A stretch of DNA of 64,000 nucleotides from Vampirovibrio sp. Lineage in GTDB: Bacteria; Cyanobacteriota; Vampirovibrionia; Vampirovibrionales; JAJTHC01. Made by a program: the position numbers and the translations under genes. Positions 19,113 to 29,543 of this stretch are shown piece by piece (positions within the stretch are counted from its first letter, which is position 1; the number at the start of each line of letters is the position of its first letter). The stretch covers positions 608,635 through 672,634 of the forward strand of contig CP050876.1 in NCBI GenBank assembly GCA_050916035.1, given 5' to 3'. Below the pieces are notes generated by a model, which was given only the letters and a program-made list of their open reading frames with translations, made no database searches and was not told the DNA's origin.

Positions 19113-20072
19113 TTAGTGGTGCGTTTCTACAAGTGCCAAGGCTTCTGGCCCTACTTTAAGTCCGAGATCGTGCTTGCTTTGTTGTAAGGCCGTTTCCGCT
19201 TCATTAAGAGAGGTTTTGGCTTCGTTGAGCATGTATTGCATCAGCTGTGTGGCGGTGATGTCTGTATTTGTATTGTTTGTTTGTGTGTTTTTACCTTTTT
19301 CTAGGGCGATTTTGTTTTGGGCCAGTTGGTAAGTGGCCTCTAAAATCTGATATTGACTGGCTTGTAAAGACAGACGATCTTCAGCGGCTTTATAGTTGAG
19401 ATAAAGCGTCAAGAGTTCTTGTTGCAAGGTGTCAACGGCACGCGCGAGAATCACCATGTCTGCATCCGTCACGGGTTTGGTGTTGGAGGTATTACTTTGG
19501 GCAATAATGTCATTGACTAAGGCACCCGACAATAAACCCATAGGGGTGCCTGTCATAATGGAGGTCGCCGCCCCGCCCACTTGTGCCAAACCATTGACGA
19601 CTTGCTTGGTACGACTTTTTTGACGACTCGGCTTGCCGCTGGCATCTTGGCGGCTGAGTTTTTCAATGGCATAGCGAATGGGTTGACTACGATAAACCGC
19701 GGCTTGCCAGAGCATGTTTAAATCTTGATTTTGCGTCTCCGCTGCATCTAAGGTGTTTTCTCGAATCCGTTGAGTGGAGGCCGTCCATTGTTGTTCGTGC
19801 TGAAGGAGCACCCGTTGTTGCGAAGGGGAAAGACTTTCCATAAAGGCGGTGACTTGCTGGTGATAGTGCCGCTCCAAATTCGTATAGGCATTTTCTTGGG
19901 ACGCCTTCTGTGAATCCGTCCATGCCGTATTCTTGGACTTCAACACATCTAATTGTTGGGGGGTCACGGGGGAGGCTTGCATAAGTGGCATGGAGCAAAG
20001 CACGCTGACGCCTAAAAAGAATAGACTCAGAAGAGGCGCCCCATAAAAACGAGGCGTGATGAAAGCGGTCAT
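19113..20072 (-). CDS. Secreted hypothetical protein, paralog B of a tandem pair (coiled coil plus glycine-zipper-like segment)
   Basis: 319 aa; signal peptide. Its core LWQAAVYRSQPIRYAIEKLS...GLAQVGGAATSIMTGTPMGLLSGAL aligns with the upstream paralog. Confidence 0.6.
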   Translation of the reverse strand: MTAFITPRFYGAPLLSLFFLGVSVLCSMPLMQASPVTPQQLDVLKSKNTAWTDSQKASQENAYTNLERHYHQQVTAFMESLSPSQQRVLLQHEQQWTASTQRIRENTLDAAETQNQDLNMLWQAAVYRSQPIRYAIEKLSRQDASGKPSRQKSRTKQVVNGLAQVGGAATSIMTGTPMGLLSGALVNDIIAQSNTSNTKPVTDADMVILARAVDTLQQELLTLYLNYKAAEDRLSLQASQYQILEATYQLAQNKIALEKGKNTQTNNTNTDITATQLMQYMLNEAKTSLNEAETALQQSKHDLGLKVGPEALALVETHH

Positions 20073-21244
20073 AAGGCAGCATCCTCCATTAAGGGGAGTG
20101 CAGGATTTTCCCCATTAGGCTGGCTTTGGGGCGACTTGGGGGGAGTCAAAACGCGAGGGGTTTCACTTTGAAAAACGCGTGATTGCGCGACTTCTTTTTT
20201 CACCACAGGGGTTTCTAGCACCACATGGGACGCGTGAGGACGAATCCCAATGGCGAGTGTGTCAACGGCATTGGCCCCTGCGATACGTTCTAGCTGAATA
20301 CGGGCGTCTTGGGCTTGGGTTTCCACTTTTTGTAACTGCGCGCGAAATTTATAATAACGCTGAATGGCTAAAAAACGCTGCGTGGGGTCATGGTCCGCTT
20401 GAAATTTTTGAAAATGCGCTTCTTCACGGGCTTGTTCATTTTGTAATTGATTCAGCATAATCAGGGCCGCTTGGTAACGGTGGTATTCTTCCACCAAACT
20501 TTCTTTTAAATCGTCAATTAAATAAGACAGTTGAATATGTTCCGTGGGACTTAAGTCACTAATGGGTTTGTTGCGCCCCATCACGAAATTTTGAGCCACT
20601 TGACTGCCGGTCATCACGCCCATGCTTTCATAGCCCCCAATGGGGGCCACGGTGCTGCTGGCCAAGGCGGCTCCTGTAATCAGGACACTCAGCGTTTTTC
20701 GTAAAAATTCGCTGGAATGGGTCATATGCCGTTCAGGAGGCAACGCAATCTTTTCCAAGGCAAAGCGCACGACTTCGTTACGTTCAATGGTGGCTTGCCA
20801 TAAATGCTTTAAATCTGCTTCCGCCACTTCGTTTTGAAGTTGAATTAAGGTGACACTGGCCCCTAAGGCCTCTGCGTCTTTAATGGTTTTAACCGAAAGG
20901 CGGGGAACTAAGGCGATATTGGCTTGGGGCGCACGGCGTAAGGCATCCAAACTTTGAGGGGGGGACACGCCGTCTAGGGTGACGACGTCTTCTTTTTCGG
21001 TGGACGGCCACCCCAATGAGCCAGCAGTGGCTTTTGCGGAGGGGACCACAATTTTGTCATACGGGGTGAGCAAGGCGGGGACAAAGCTTAGGCGCGTTTT
21101 TGGGGGACTTGTGGGTTTGAAGAGGCGTGCTTCTAAAGGTGGGGGAGATAGACTCAAAAGCAGGACAAGGCCAAGCAACACGACAGGCCAAGGCCACGCG
21201 TGAACCGGAAAGACTTCAAAAGCAGGACAACTGATTTTCTTCAT
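20069..21244 (-). CDS. Secreted hypothetical protein, paralog A of a tandem pair
   Basis: 391 aa; signal peptide. Its core LWQATIERNEVVRFALEKIA...ITGAALASSTVAPIGGYESMGVMTGSQV aligns with the downstream paralog. Overlaps that gene by 4 nt. Confidence 0.6.
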   Translation of the reverse strand: MKKISCPAFEVFPVHAWPWPVVLLGLVLLLSLSPPPLEARLFKPTSPPKTRLSFVPALLTPYDKIVVPSAKATAGSLGWPSTEKEDVVTLDGVSPPQSLDALRRAPQANIALVPRLSVKTIKDAEALGASVTLIQLQNEVAEADLKHLWQATIERNEVVRFALEKIALPPERHMTHSSEFLRKTLSVLITGAALASSTVAPIGGYESMGVMTGSQVAQNFVMGRNKPISDLSPTEHIQLSYLIDDLKESLVEEYHRYQAALIMLNQLQNEQAREEAHFQKFQADHDPTQRFLAIQRYYKFRAQLQKVETQAQDARIQLERIAGANAVDTLAIGIRPHASHVVLETPVVKKEVAQSRVFQSETPRVLTPPKSPQSQPNGENPALPLMEDAAL

Positions 21245-21346
21245 AGGCGTCTATTATAGCACGCACCGTGAATAAACCAAGCCTTCCCCCGCCTACAAGT
21301 CCCTCAATAAAGGGACTTGTTTTCAGACGTTTTAAAATTTTTAAGC

Positions 21347-22138
21347 TTACCCCTGCAGGTTTAGGCCTTTCTCAGCGTTCTCACGCTTTATTTCTTCCCT
21401 TATTGGATTCCACCAGTCGTACTGCTCTTGAGCAGTAAGCTTATCTACGCGAGGGGTTTTGTTGTAAGCATTTAGGGTGCTCCAAGCGTCCTCTATTCCT
21501 TGTATATCTTGTTTGGGGTTTCCAGTAAGGGGAACCCCGAAGGAATCTACAATGTGAAGGGTCCCTTTTGGGTGTGTTTCGTATATTTTAGTATCGGTAA
21601 CAAATTTTGATTTTTCTAAAACCCTACTGGGTTCAATTGGCTCTCCATCCTTGTCTTTGGCCACTCGTGTAATGATTTTTTCTAAATTAATCCCTGTGTT
21701 CTTTTCAGAAGCAGATAAAGCACGAGCCTCCTCCAAATCCGTGTGAAGGCCGCCAAAAACGGTTTTAAATTTAAAGCTGGGGAGAAGCTCTTCCCCCGAC
21801 GTGGCGCTTTGTTTAGGATTAAGGATAATCCCTCCCTTGAAGGGGGTCTCTAATCTTGTGATGTAATCGACTTTGTTTTTGAGTGTTATCAAATTTTCAC
21901 CAGTCCATCCATAGAACTTGTTTAATTGCCTCACTACTTTAGCGTAGTCATAGTCAAAAGATCCGTGCAGCAGAACTTCATAGAAATCCGGTTGACCTGG
22001 AAGCGGCATTTTTTTGGGGTGGGGCGTCCGTCCTACCCATTGCATTCCTTCACGCTGATGGTTGGCCTTGGGGGCCATGCGGGGCGTGTTGGACGAGTAG
22101 GAGGAAGCGGGCGAATAGGGCGTTGGGGAGATCGACAT
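21347..22138 (-). CDS. Hypothetical protein with a Ser/Pro/Tyr-rich N-terminus
   Basis: 263-aa ORF; no recognisable family. Adjacent to the IS element. Confidence 0.5.
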   Translation of the reverse strand: MSISPTPYSPASSYSSNTPRMAPKANHQREGMQWVGRTPHPKKMPLPGQPDFYEVLLHGSFDYDYAKVVRQLNKFYGWTGENLITLKNKVDYITRLETPFKGGIILNPKQSATSGEELLPSFKFKTVFGGLHTDLEEARALSASEKNTGINLEKIITRVAKDKDGEPIEPSRVLEKSKFVTDTKIYETHPKGTLHIVDSFGVPLTGNPKQDIQGIEDAWSTLNAYNKTPRVDKLTAQEQYDWWNPIREEIKRENAEKGLNLQG

Positions 22139-22151
22139 GAGTGTTTAGACC

Positions 22152-22727
22152 TTATACGGTAAGTTTTCTCAAATGAAGGATGGCACAACCGAGTTCCCAA
22201 AAGGCTTGCCAATGTTCTCGCTTTCGTTCATAGCGTAAAACTAGCTTCCGAAAACCTTCCAACCAAGCAAAGGTCCGCTCAATGGTCCACCGTCCTTTGT
22301 AAATATCAGGCTTGGGGGTCCTCACTTTTGGCTTGTTTTTGAACTGTCGCTTGGGAATCACAGGCGTTAATTTTTTGTGCCGTAACTGCCGACGAAGCCG
22401 CTTGCAATCATAGCCTTTATCTGCCACAATGTAGCTGTTGGCGGGGATTTCCGCTAAAATGTGACCGAAGGCATGTCGGTCATGCCGATTCCCTTTTTCA
22501 ATATGAATCGCCTCAGGCAAGCCCGCTTCATTGGCAATGAGGCTTACTTTCGTGCCCTTTAATTTTCCTGCTCGTCCAACGCAATCGCCCTTTTTTTGCC
22601 GACTTAATCGTCGCATCGAGATAGTAGATTTCTTTGGTTTTTTCTTGAACTTCTTGCTTTTTTTGTTTGAATTGCTTGAATAATGCTTCAAAAAACCCTT
22701 CTTTTTGCCATACTTTAAACCGGTCAA
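22152..22727 (-). CDS. IS5-family transposase OrfB (DDE catalytic part), probably joined to OrfA by -1 frameshifting
   Basis: Contains ...IVADKGYD...WTIERTFAWLEGFRKL, a DDE_Tnp_1 signature. Overlaps OrfA over 22528-22727. Confidence 0.65.
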   Translation of the reverse strand: MTGLKYGKKKGFLKHYSSNSNKKSKKFKKKPKKSTISMRRLSRQKKGDCVGRAGKLKGTKVSLIANEAGLPEAIHIEKGNRHDRHAFGHILAEIPANSYIVADKGYDCKRLRRQLRHKKLTPVIPKRQFKNKPKVRTPKPDIYKGRWTIERTFAWLEGFRKLVLRYERKREHWQAFWELGCAILHLRKLTV

Positions 22728-22967
22728 ACACCGTCATTTTAGGGGGAAAGCAAGGCGGAAGCTCTTCCCATCTGCAATTGGTGGATAAAACAAAGAGAAT
22801 CGCTTCTAAAATTTCACGGTTTCGGGTTCTTGGTCTTCCCATTTTCTGCTTGGGAATATGGGGTTCAATGAGCGCCCATTGACTGTCAGTTAAGGGTTTA
22901 TAGGCCATTTTCAAAGGTGTCCAAAACAAATAATAACACCCCTTATTTTAACACAAACTTACCGTAT
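22154..22967 (-). mobile_element. IS5-family (IS427/IS1031-group-like) insertion sequence, about 814 bp, with imperfect 13-bp terminal inverted repeats (ATACGGTAAGTTT)
   Basis: Inverted repeats at 22154-22166 and 22955-22967. Two overlapping transposase ORFs with a DDE domain. Confidence 0.7.
22528..22929 (-). CDS. IS5-family transposase OrfA (N-terminal part, upstream of the frameshift)
   Basis: 133 aa with a helix-turn-helix-like N-terminus (WALIEPHIP...NCRWEELP), typical of IS427-group OrfA. Confidence 0.65.
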   Translation of the reverse strand: MFWTPLKMAYKPLTDSQWALIEPHIPKQKMGRPRTRNREILEAILFVLSTNCRWEELPPCFPPKMTVFDRFKVWQKEGFFEALFKQFKQKKQEVQEKTKEIYYLDATIKSAKKGRLRWTSRKIKGHESKPHCQ

Positions 22968-23322
22968 TGGTTCTACCTTTCGGGTGAGTTATGTAGAGGG
23001 AGGAAAAATAGATTACAATAAATCTATTACGTGCATAAAGCCCCCTCAAGCCCAAACGGTGCGCTTGAAAAATAAAGTGTTACAAAATGATACAAGACGC
23101 TTCGTTTTTCAATCAGGAGACCTTATTTCTTTTGCGTGCGCATCTATTATGGACTGAAAGGAGAGATTCACCACGGGGGGACTTGTTTTTTATCGTGCAT
23201 GTAATAGAATCACATTAAGGTGTATGGAGTCTCCTGCTATTTTTAGGAATCGGTAGGAAAAAAGTACATTTTAGTTTTATCCTTTCTGGGCCCAATACTA
23301 AAGGAGATTTGATTTTATGATG

Positions 23323-24537
23323 ATGGCTCGTGAAAAATTTAAGCGTGACAAGCCTCACGTGAACGTTGGAACTATTGGTCACGTTGACCATGGTAAGACC
23401 ACTTCTACGGCTGCTATTACGGCAACCTTGGCAGCAGTCGGTTATGCAGATTTCAAGAAATTTGATGAAATCGATGCGGCGCCTGAAGAAAAAGCACGTG
23501 GAATTACCATTTCCACCGCGCACGTGGAATACGAGACGGATGCACGTCACTATGCTCACGTGGATTGTCCTGGTCACGCCGATTATGTGAAAAACATGAT
23601 TACGGGTGCGGCTCAAATGGACGGCGCGATCTTAGTTGTTGCTGCGACGGATGGGGTTATGCCTCAAACCCGTGAGCACGTCTTGTTGGCTCGTCAGGTT
23701 GGGGTGCCTAATATCGTGGTTTGGTTGAACAAATGCGATATGGTGGAAGATCTTGAGTTGATCGAATTGGTTGACATGGAAGTTCGTGAATTGTTAAGCG
23801 AATACAACTTCGATGGCGACAATGCGAGCATTATTCAAGGTTCTGGTGCGAAGGCGTTAGATGCTTTGGCCGCGAATCCTAAATTAAAGCGTGGCGAAGA
23901 CAAGTGGGTTGACACCATTTGGGCATTGATGGATGCGGTTGACGCAGAAATCCCTACGCCTGAGCGTCCTTTGGATATGCCTTTCTTGATGCCGATTGAA
24001 GATGTATTCTCCATTACGGGTCGCGGTACGGTAGTCACGGGTCGTATTGAGCGTGGTATCGTCAAAGTTGGCGAAGAAGTTGAGATTATCGGCTTGGGTG
24101 ACACCCGTAAATCGGTTGTTACTGGGGTTGAAATGTTCCGTAAGCTCTTGGATCAAGGTCAAGCGGGCGACAACGTTGGCGCCTTGTTGCGTGGTATTGA
24201 CAAAACAACCATTGAACGTGGTATGGTTTTGGCAAAGCCCGGAACAATTACGCCGCACACCAAATTTACGGCAAACGTGTACGTTTTGAAAAAAGAAGAA
24301 GGGGGTCGTCATACGCCATTTTTCTCTAACTACCGTCCACAGTTTTACGTACGTACCACAGACGTAACGGGTTCTATTACCCTTCCTGCGGATACGGAAA
24401 TGGTCATGCCTGGGGACAACGTCATTATGACCGTTGAACTCTTGACACCTGTTGCCATTGAAGCGGGGATGCGTTTCGCTATCCGTGAAGGTGGTCGTAC
24501 CATTGGTGCGGGTGTGGTTGATACCATTATTGAATAG
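23323..24537 (+). CDS. tuf: Translation elongation factor Tu
   Basis: [17 protein letters not shown] and NKCD GTPase motifs; full-length EF-Tu. Confidence 0.95.
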   Translation: MAREKFKRDKPHVNVGTIGHVDHGKTTSTAAITATLAAVGYADFKKFDEIDAAPEEKARGITISTAHVEYETDARHYAHVDCPGHADYVKNMITGAAQMDGAILVVAATDGVMPQTREHVLLARQVGVPNIVVWLNKCDMVEDLELIELVDMEVRELLSEYNFDGDNASIIQGSGAKALDALAANPKLKRGEDKWVDTIWALMDAVDAEIPTPERPLDMPFLMPIEDVFSITGRGTVVTGRIERGIVKVGEEVEIIGLGDTRKSVVTGVEMFRKLLDQGQAGDNVGALLRGIDKTTIERGMVLAKPGTITPHTKFTANVYVLKKEEGGRHTPFFSNYRPQFYVRTTDVTGSITLPADTEMVMPGDNVIMTVELLTPVAIEAGMRFAIREGGRTIGAGVVDTIIE

Positions 24538-24588
24538 TACGAAGCTGTTTTGAAAACGGCGTTAATTTAAGAAGGTTTAAAAGGAATT

Positions 24589-24918
24589 ATGGCTCAAAAG
24601 CAAACAAGTCAAAAACAAAATCGTGTTCGTATACGTTTACAGTCCTATGATCATCGGTTGATTGATACATCGGCCTCTAAAATTGTGGATGTCGTAAAGT
24701 CTTCGGATGCGAAGCTGGTTGGGCCTATTCCTCTTCCTACGCAGCGTCGTATTTTCTGTGTCTTGCGTTCACCTCACGTGAACAAGGATTCACGGGAACA
24801 TTTTGAAATTCGTATTCACAAGCGCTTAATTGATATTATGGATCCTGGTCCAGATTTGGTGAGCCAGCTCAGCAAAGTGGATTTACCAGCAGGGGTTGAT
24901 ATCGAAGTTCGTTTGTAA
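24589..24918 (+). CDS. rpsJ: 30S ribosomal protein S10
   Basis: [13 protein letters not shown] matches the S10 N-terminal consensus; located at the head of the ribosomal-protein run. Confidence 0.9.
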   Translation: MAQKQTSQKQNRVRIRLQSYDHRLIDTSASKIVDVVKSSDAKLVGPIPLPTQRRIFCVLRSPHVNKDSREHFEIRIHKRLIDIMDPGPDLVSQLSKVDLPAGVDIEVRL

Positions 24919-24999
24919 TAGATTAATAAGGTCTTCACTGTAGGCACCCTATTGTGTGGACCTTTTTTACACCATGTGAAAGTGAAAGGATAAGTAGTA

Positions 25000-25632
25000 G
25001 TGACTGCTCCTGGATTTTTAGGACAGAAACTCGGTATGACCCAGGTGTTTGATGAAACAGGGTCCGCTATCGCAGTAACTGTGGTTGAAGTGTTTGACAT
25101 GACGGTAACGCAAGTCAAAACAGAAGAAACGGATGGCTATAATGCGATTCAAGTCGGTGTGATTGAGGCAAAGGCCAAGCATTTAACCAAGGCTCGTCAA
25201 GGGCATTTGCTGAAGAATGAACTTCCTTTGTTTCGTACTTTGAAAGAATTCCGAGTGAGTAAGGCGCTTGTGGCGACTTATTCGGTTGGTGACAAGGTAG
25301 ATCTTTCCTTTTTGGAAGCAGAAGGTGTTCTTTTGAATTTGACGGGAACTTCTATTGGTAAGGGAACCATGGGGGGTATTCGTCGTTGGGGTCACCATCG
25401 TGGGCCCATGTCTCACGGATCAAAAAACCATCGTTTGCCTGGTTCTATTGGTGCGGGTACAACACCTGGCCGTGTATATAAAGGTCTCCAGATGTCTGGA
25501 CGTACGGGTAATGCAACGGTCACGGTTCAGAATTTACCTGTGGTTCGTTATATTGCAGAAAAAAACGTGGTGCTGGTTAAGGGATCTGTTCCTGGTGCTG
25601 AAGGTGGCTTGTTGGTCGCCAAAGTCCGTTAG
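25000..25632 (+). CDS. rplC: 50S ribosomal protein L3
   Basis: GQKLGMTQVF plus position in the operon. Confidence 0.85.
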   Translation: MTAPGFLGQKLGMTQVFDETGSAIAVTVVEVFDMTVTQVKTEETDGYNAIQVGVIEAKAKHLTKARQGHLLKNELPLFRTLKEFRVSKALVATYSVGDKVDLSFLEAEGVLLNLTGTSIGKGTMGGIRRWGHHRGPMSHGSKNHRLPGSIGAGTTPGRVYKGLQMSGRTGNATVTVQNLPVVRYIAEKNVVLVKGSVPGAEGGLLVAKVR

Positions 25633-25663
25633 TTACTAAGATTTAAGTTAAGGTCAAATTTTA

Positions 25664-26299
25664 ATGTCGATTCAATTGAAATCTGTTACATTAGAAGGTC
25701 AAGAAAAAGGAACGGTGGACGCATCAGAAGCAGTTTTTGGTGTGGTTTTAAATCGGAATGCCTTGTTTTTGGCTTTGCGTCGTGAGCGTATCAATGCGAT
25801 GCGTGGTACGGCAAACACAAAGACTCGTTCTGAAGTGAGCGGGGGTGGCCGTAAGCCATGGAAGCAAAAAGGAACGGGTCGTGCTCGGGCAGGATCTATT
25901 CGTAGTCCATTATGGCGTGGAGGCGGTGTGACTTTTGGTCCTAAGCCTCGCTCTATTAGTATTGCCTTGAATAAGAAGTTGGTTCGCTTGGCTCATCGTT
26001 CTGCGTTGACGAATGCGCTACCTAAAATCTTTATTCTTCATAGTGTGGTTTTGGATCTACCTAAAACGTCCTCTGTGGTGAAGGGTTTGAAGGCATTGTC
26101 TATTACTTCTTCAGACAAGGTGCTTTTGGTGGTGTCTAATTATGAGTGTTGTCAGAATTTGCTTTTGGCGACTCGTAATATTCCCTATGTGTCGATTCGT
26201 GTGGAATCTGCATTGAGTGTTCATGATATTTTGGCGTCTAGCAAAATCCTGATCGCGGCAGATGCCCTTATTAAAATTCAAGAAAGGCTTGCTGTTTAA
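25664..26299 (+). CDS. rplD: 50S ribosomal protein L4
   Basis: GGGRKPWKQKGTGRARAGS motif. Confidence 0.9.
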   Translation: MSIQLKSVTLEGQEKGTVDASEAVFGVVLNRNALFLALRRERINAMRGTANTKTRSEVSGGGRKPWKQKGTGRARAGSIRSPLWRGGGVTFGPKPRSISIALNKKLVRLAHRSALTNALPKIFILHSVVLDLPKTSSVVKGLKALSITSSDKVLLVVSNYECCQNLLLATRNIPYVSIRVESALSVHDILASSKILIAADALIKIQERLAV

Positions 26300-26592
26300 T
26301 GTCTAAAAAAAGCCTGCACCAAATTATTAAAAGTCCTATTTTGACTGAAAAAGCCTTTAGCTTATCTCAAGTGGGTCAGTATGTGTTCGAGGTTGATGCT
26401 TCGGTGAATAAAATCGAGCTGGCTTCTGCTTTTGAACAATTATTTCCTGCACGTAAGGTTTTAGAAGTGCGTACGATTCGTATTCCTTCTAAAAAGAAAC
26501 GAGCAGGACGTAAGCCGACCTATCGTAAACCTTACACCAAGGCCGTCTTCAAAATTGAAGGCGAACCTATTGAATTAATTCCTGGAGTTTAA
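26299..26592 (+). CDS. rplW: 50S ribosomal protein L23
   Basis: Size and position; KSPILTEKA start. Confidence 0.85.
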   Translation: MSKKSLHQIIKSPILTEKAFSLSQVGQYVFEVDASVNKIELASAFEQLFPARKVLEVRTIRIPSKKKRAGRKPTYRKPYTKAVFKIEGEPIELIPGV

Positions 26593-26596
26593 CACC

Positions 26597-27427
26597 ATGG
26601 CCACAAAACAACTTAAGCCTACTTCAGCGGGTGTTCGGGGAATGTCTAAAATTGACAATTCTGATCTCACTGCTGTGGCTCCTTATCGGCCGTTATTGTC
26701 TGCTTTAAATCAAAGAGCAGGTCGTAATAATAACGGACGCATTACCTGTCGTCATAAAGGATCGGGTCATAAAAAGACCTATCGTATTATTGATTTCAAG
26801 CGTAATAAATTAGATATTCCTGCTCGTGTAGAAACCATTGAGTATGATCCTAATCGTAACTGTCGAATTTCTTTGGTCTGTTATGCAGATGGAGAGCGTC
26901 GATATATTCTTCATCCAGAGGGTTTGAAAGTCGGGGATTCTATTACCAATGGTAAAGACTCTGAAATCAAGGTGGGTAACACTTTGCCACTTCAGAATAT
27001 TCCTTTAGGTTCCGTGGTTCATAATATTGAATTGGTTCCTGGTCGTGGGGGTCAAATAGTACGTAGTGCAGGGACTTCTGCTCAATTGGTGGCCAAAGAA
27101 GGTAAGTACGCGACCTTGCGTTTACCTTCCACTGAAATGCGGAAAATTTTAATTAACTGTGTTGCGACCTTGGGTGTCTTGGACAATGCCGACTTTAAAA
27201 ACATTAATTTAGGTAAAGCGGGCCGTAAGCGTTGGATGGGCGTTCGCCCTACCGTGCGTGGTTCTGTTATGAACCCTTGCGATCACCCACACGGAGGAGG
27301 AGAAGGAAAATCACCTATTGGTCGACCTTCGCCTGTAACCCCTTGGGGTAAGCCAACGCTGGGTAAAAAGACACGAAACAATAAGAAGTCGTCTACGAAA
27401 CTTATTGTGCGTCGTCGTCGTAAATAA
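26597..27427 (+). CDS. rplB: 50S ribosomal protein L2
   Basis: [18 protein letters not shown] motif. Confidence 0.95.
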   Translation: MATKQLKPTSAGVRGMSKIDNSDLTAVAPYRPLLSALNQRAGRNNNGRITCRHKGSGHKKTYRIIDFKRNKLDIPARVETIEYDPNRNCRISLVCYADGERRYILHPEGLKVGDSITNGKDSEIKVGNTLPLQNIPLGSVVHNIELVPGRGGQIVRSAGTSAQLVAKEGKYATLRLPSTEMRKILINCVATLGVLDNADFKNINLGKAGRKRWMGVRPTVRGSVMNPCDHPHGGGEGKSPIGRPSPVTPWGKPTLGKKTRNNKKSSTKLIVRRRRK

Positions 27428-27444
27428 TATAAGGGTTCTATTTT

Positions 27445-27723
27445 ATGGCACGTTCTTTAAAAAAGGGAGTGTATGTTCACCCCAAGCTTCAGAAAAAAAT
27501 TGATTTAGCGAATCGTTCAGGTTCTAAATCAGTTATTCGTACTTGGAGCCGTTCTTCGATGATTACCCCTGATATGTTAGGTCATACGATTGCTGTTCAT
27601 AATGGTCGGGCTCATGTGCCTGTCTTTGTGACGGAGCAAATGGTGGGGCATAAGTTGGGCGAATTTGTCCCTACTCGTACTTACCGTGGTCATGCCGACG
27701 ATAAAAAAGTCAAGAGAAAGTAA
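27445..27723 (+). CDS. rpsS: 30S ribosomal protein S19
   Basis: MARSLKKG...[10 protein letters not shown]. Confidence 0.95.
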   Translation: MARSLKKGVYVHPKLQKKIDLANRSGSKSVIRTWSRSSMITPDMLGHTIAVHNGRAHVPVFVTEQMVGHKLGEFVPTRTYRGHADDKKVKRK

Positions 27724-27727
27724 TGTT

Positions 27728-28072
27728 ATGATGTCTGTTTCACGTCAACGAAATATTGGAATGACACCTCGTAAAATGCGACGTGTTATTGATGAAATAC
27801 GTGGTAAGTCTGTGAATGAAGCGTATGTGCTTTTAAAGACGATGCCTTATCGTGCTTCTGAAGTGGTACTGAAGAAGTTAGTAGAAGCGGTGGCGAGTGC
27901 TCGTCAACAGCTGGATTTGAGTCCTGAGCAATTGGTGGTGAGTCGTGTTTTTGTGGATGAAGGTTCAACCATGAAGCGTTTCAAGCCACGTGCACAAGGT
28001 CGTATGTATCAACGTTTACGTCGTTCATCACATTTGACCCTTGAAGTATCACCCCCGAAAAAAGGAGCTTAA
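27728..28072 (+). CDS. rplV: 50S ribosomal protein L22
   Basis: SPRKMRRVIDEIRG motif; start chosen at the internal Met. Confidence 0.85.
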   Translation: MMSVSRQRNIGMTPRKMRRVIDEIRGKSVNEAYVLLKTMPYRASEVVLKKLVEAVASARQQLDLSPEQLVVSRVFVDEGSTMKRFKPRAQGRMYQRLRRSSHLTLEVSPPKKGA

Positions 28073-28075
28073 CCT

Positions 28076-28825
28076 GTGGGACAAAAAGTACATCCTAGAG
28101 GCTTACGATTAGGTATCATTGAAGATTGGCAGTCTTCTTGGTATGTCAAGTCTTCTCTTGAATTTGCCAAGTATATTAAAGAAGATGAAGTCATCCGTCG
28201 TTTTATCACCAAGAAATTAAAAGCAGCAGCTTTGAGTTCGGTCATGATTCAACGTAAGAGTGAAAAAATTCTAATTTCTATTGTCACGGGTCGCTCTGGT
28301 GTGGTGATTGGTCGCGGTGGTCAGAATTTAGATCTTTTGCGTACGGAACTTTTGACTTTGGTGTCTACCAAAGACCTTCGCTTAGAAGTCTTGGAAGTGG
28401 ACAAAGTTGATGCAGATGCTGAATTGGTGGCACAATCGATTGCTCAGCAGCTAGAGCGTCGCGTGGCGTTTCGTCGGGCGACCAAGCAGGCGATTCAAAA
28501 AGCAATGCGTGCGGGTGCTAAAGGTATTAAGGTTATGGTATCGGGTCGTTTGGCCGGGGCGGATATTGCGCGTTCCGAATGGGCTAAAGAAGGCCGTATT
28601 CCGTTGCATACCTTTAAAGCGGGTATTCAATATGCTCACGCGGAAGCCCATACTCTTTTTGGAGTTATTGGGGTAAAGGTTTGGATTTATGTGGGTGATT
28701 GTGATACCAAAGTCTTGACGTATCATAATATTCGCACCGCAGGATCTAAGCCTCAACAGAATGCCTCTGATCGAGATGGCCAACGTCGTAAGTCGACGCG
28801 TCGTCCTCAACGTAACGCTAAGTAA
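28076..28825 (+). CDS. rpsC: 30S ribosomal protein S3
   Basis: GQKVHPRGLRLG N-terminus and a KH domain; GTG start. Confidence 0.9.
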   Translation: MGQKVHPRGLRLGIIEDWQSSWYVKSSLEFAKYIKEDEVIRRFITKKLKAAALSSVMIQRKSEKILISIVTGRSGVVIGRGGQNLDLLRTELLTLVSTKDLRLEVLEVDKVDADAELVAQSIAQQLERRVAFRRATKQAIQKAMRAGAKGIKVMVSGRLAGADIARSEWAKEGRIPLHTFKAGIQYAHAEAHTLFGVIGVKVWIYVGDCDTKVLTYHNIRTAGSKPQQNASDRDGQRRKSTRRPQRNAK

Positions 28826-28898
28826 CACTTTTTAGTCTTACTTGTGTTTGTAAAATCAGACACTATAATTAAGTTTAAGATGTTTAGGAGTTTTGAAA

Positions 28899-29327
28899 AT
28901 GTTAATGCCAAAACGGTCCAAATATCGTAAACAACATCGTGGTCGTATGACGGGTATTGAAACTCGTGGAACGCAATTAGAATACGGTGATTTTGCGATT
29001 CAGGCCTTAGAGCCTGGTTGGATTACGAGTCGACAAATTGAAGCAGCGAGACGTACGATTGCACGTGCGGTTAAGCGTGGTGGAAAAATATATATTCGTA
29101 TTTTCCCTAATAAGCCTGTCACGAAAAAGCCTTTAGAGGTTCGTATGGGTTCAGGGAAGGGGAGTCCTGAATTTTGGGTAGCGGTGGTTCGTCCTGGCCG
29201 CTTGATGTTTGAGTTGGCAGGTGTTCAAGAAGATCTTTCGACCAAGGCCCTAAAGCTAGCGGCTCAAAAATTTCCTATTAAAGTACGTGTAGTTAAAAGA
29301 GATCAATTGTCGAAAGCGGTGACGTAA
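28899..29327 (+). CDS. rplP: 50S ribosomal protein L16
   Basis: [15 protein letters not shown]. Confidence 0.9.
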   Translation: MLMPKRSKYRKQHRGRMTGIETRGTQLEYGDFAIQALEPGWITSRQIEAARRTIARAVKRGGKIYIRIFPNKPVTKKPLEVRMGSGKGSPEFWVAVVRPGRLMFELAGVQEDLSTKALKLAAQKFPIKVRVVKRDQLSKAVT

Positions 29328-29330
29328 ATT

Positions 29331-29543
29331 ATGCTTAAGAATGAATTATCCCAAATTCGAGAACTCAGCATAGATGAACTTCGTGCGAAAGAGCTCGATC
29401 TCCAAAAAAAATTGTTTGACTTAAAGATGAAGCAAAAAACAATGCAGCTTAATGATTTGTCTCAGTTCAAGAAGACTCGTCATCAAGTGGCTTTCGTTAA
29501 GATGCTTCTCACACAAAGATCCATTTCGGAGGTTGAGGTTTAA
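29331..29543 (+). CDS. rpmC: 50S ribosomal protein L29
   Basis: 70 aa; position between L16 and S17. Confidence 0.8.
   Translation: MLKNELSQIRELSIDELRAKELDLQKKLFDLKMKQKTMQLNDLSQFKKTRHQVAFVKMLLTQRSISEVEV

Noticed and set aside
22970-23316. Expected tRNA cluster (Thr-Tyr-Gly-Thr) upstream of tuf
   Set aside because: No T-loop (GGTTCGAATCC-like) or cloverleaf candidates were found in this 350-bp spacer. It was probably displaced by the IS insertion.
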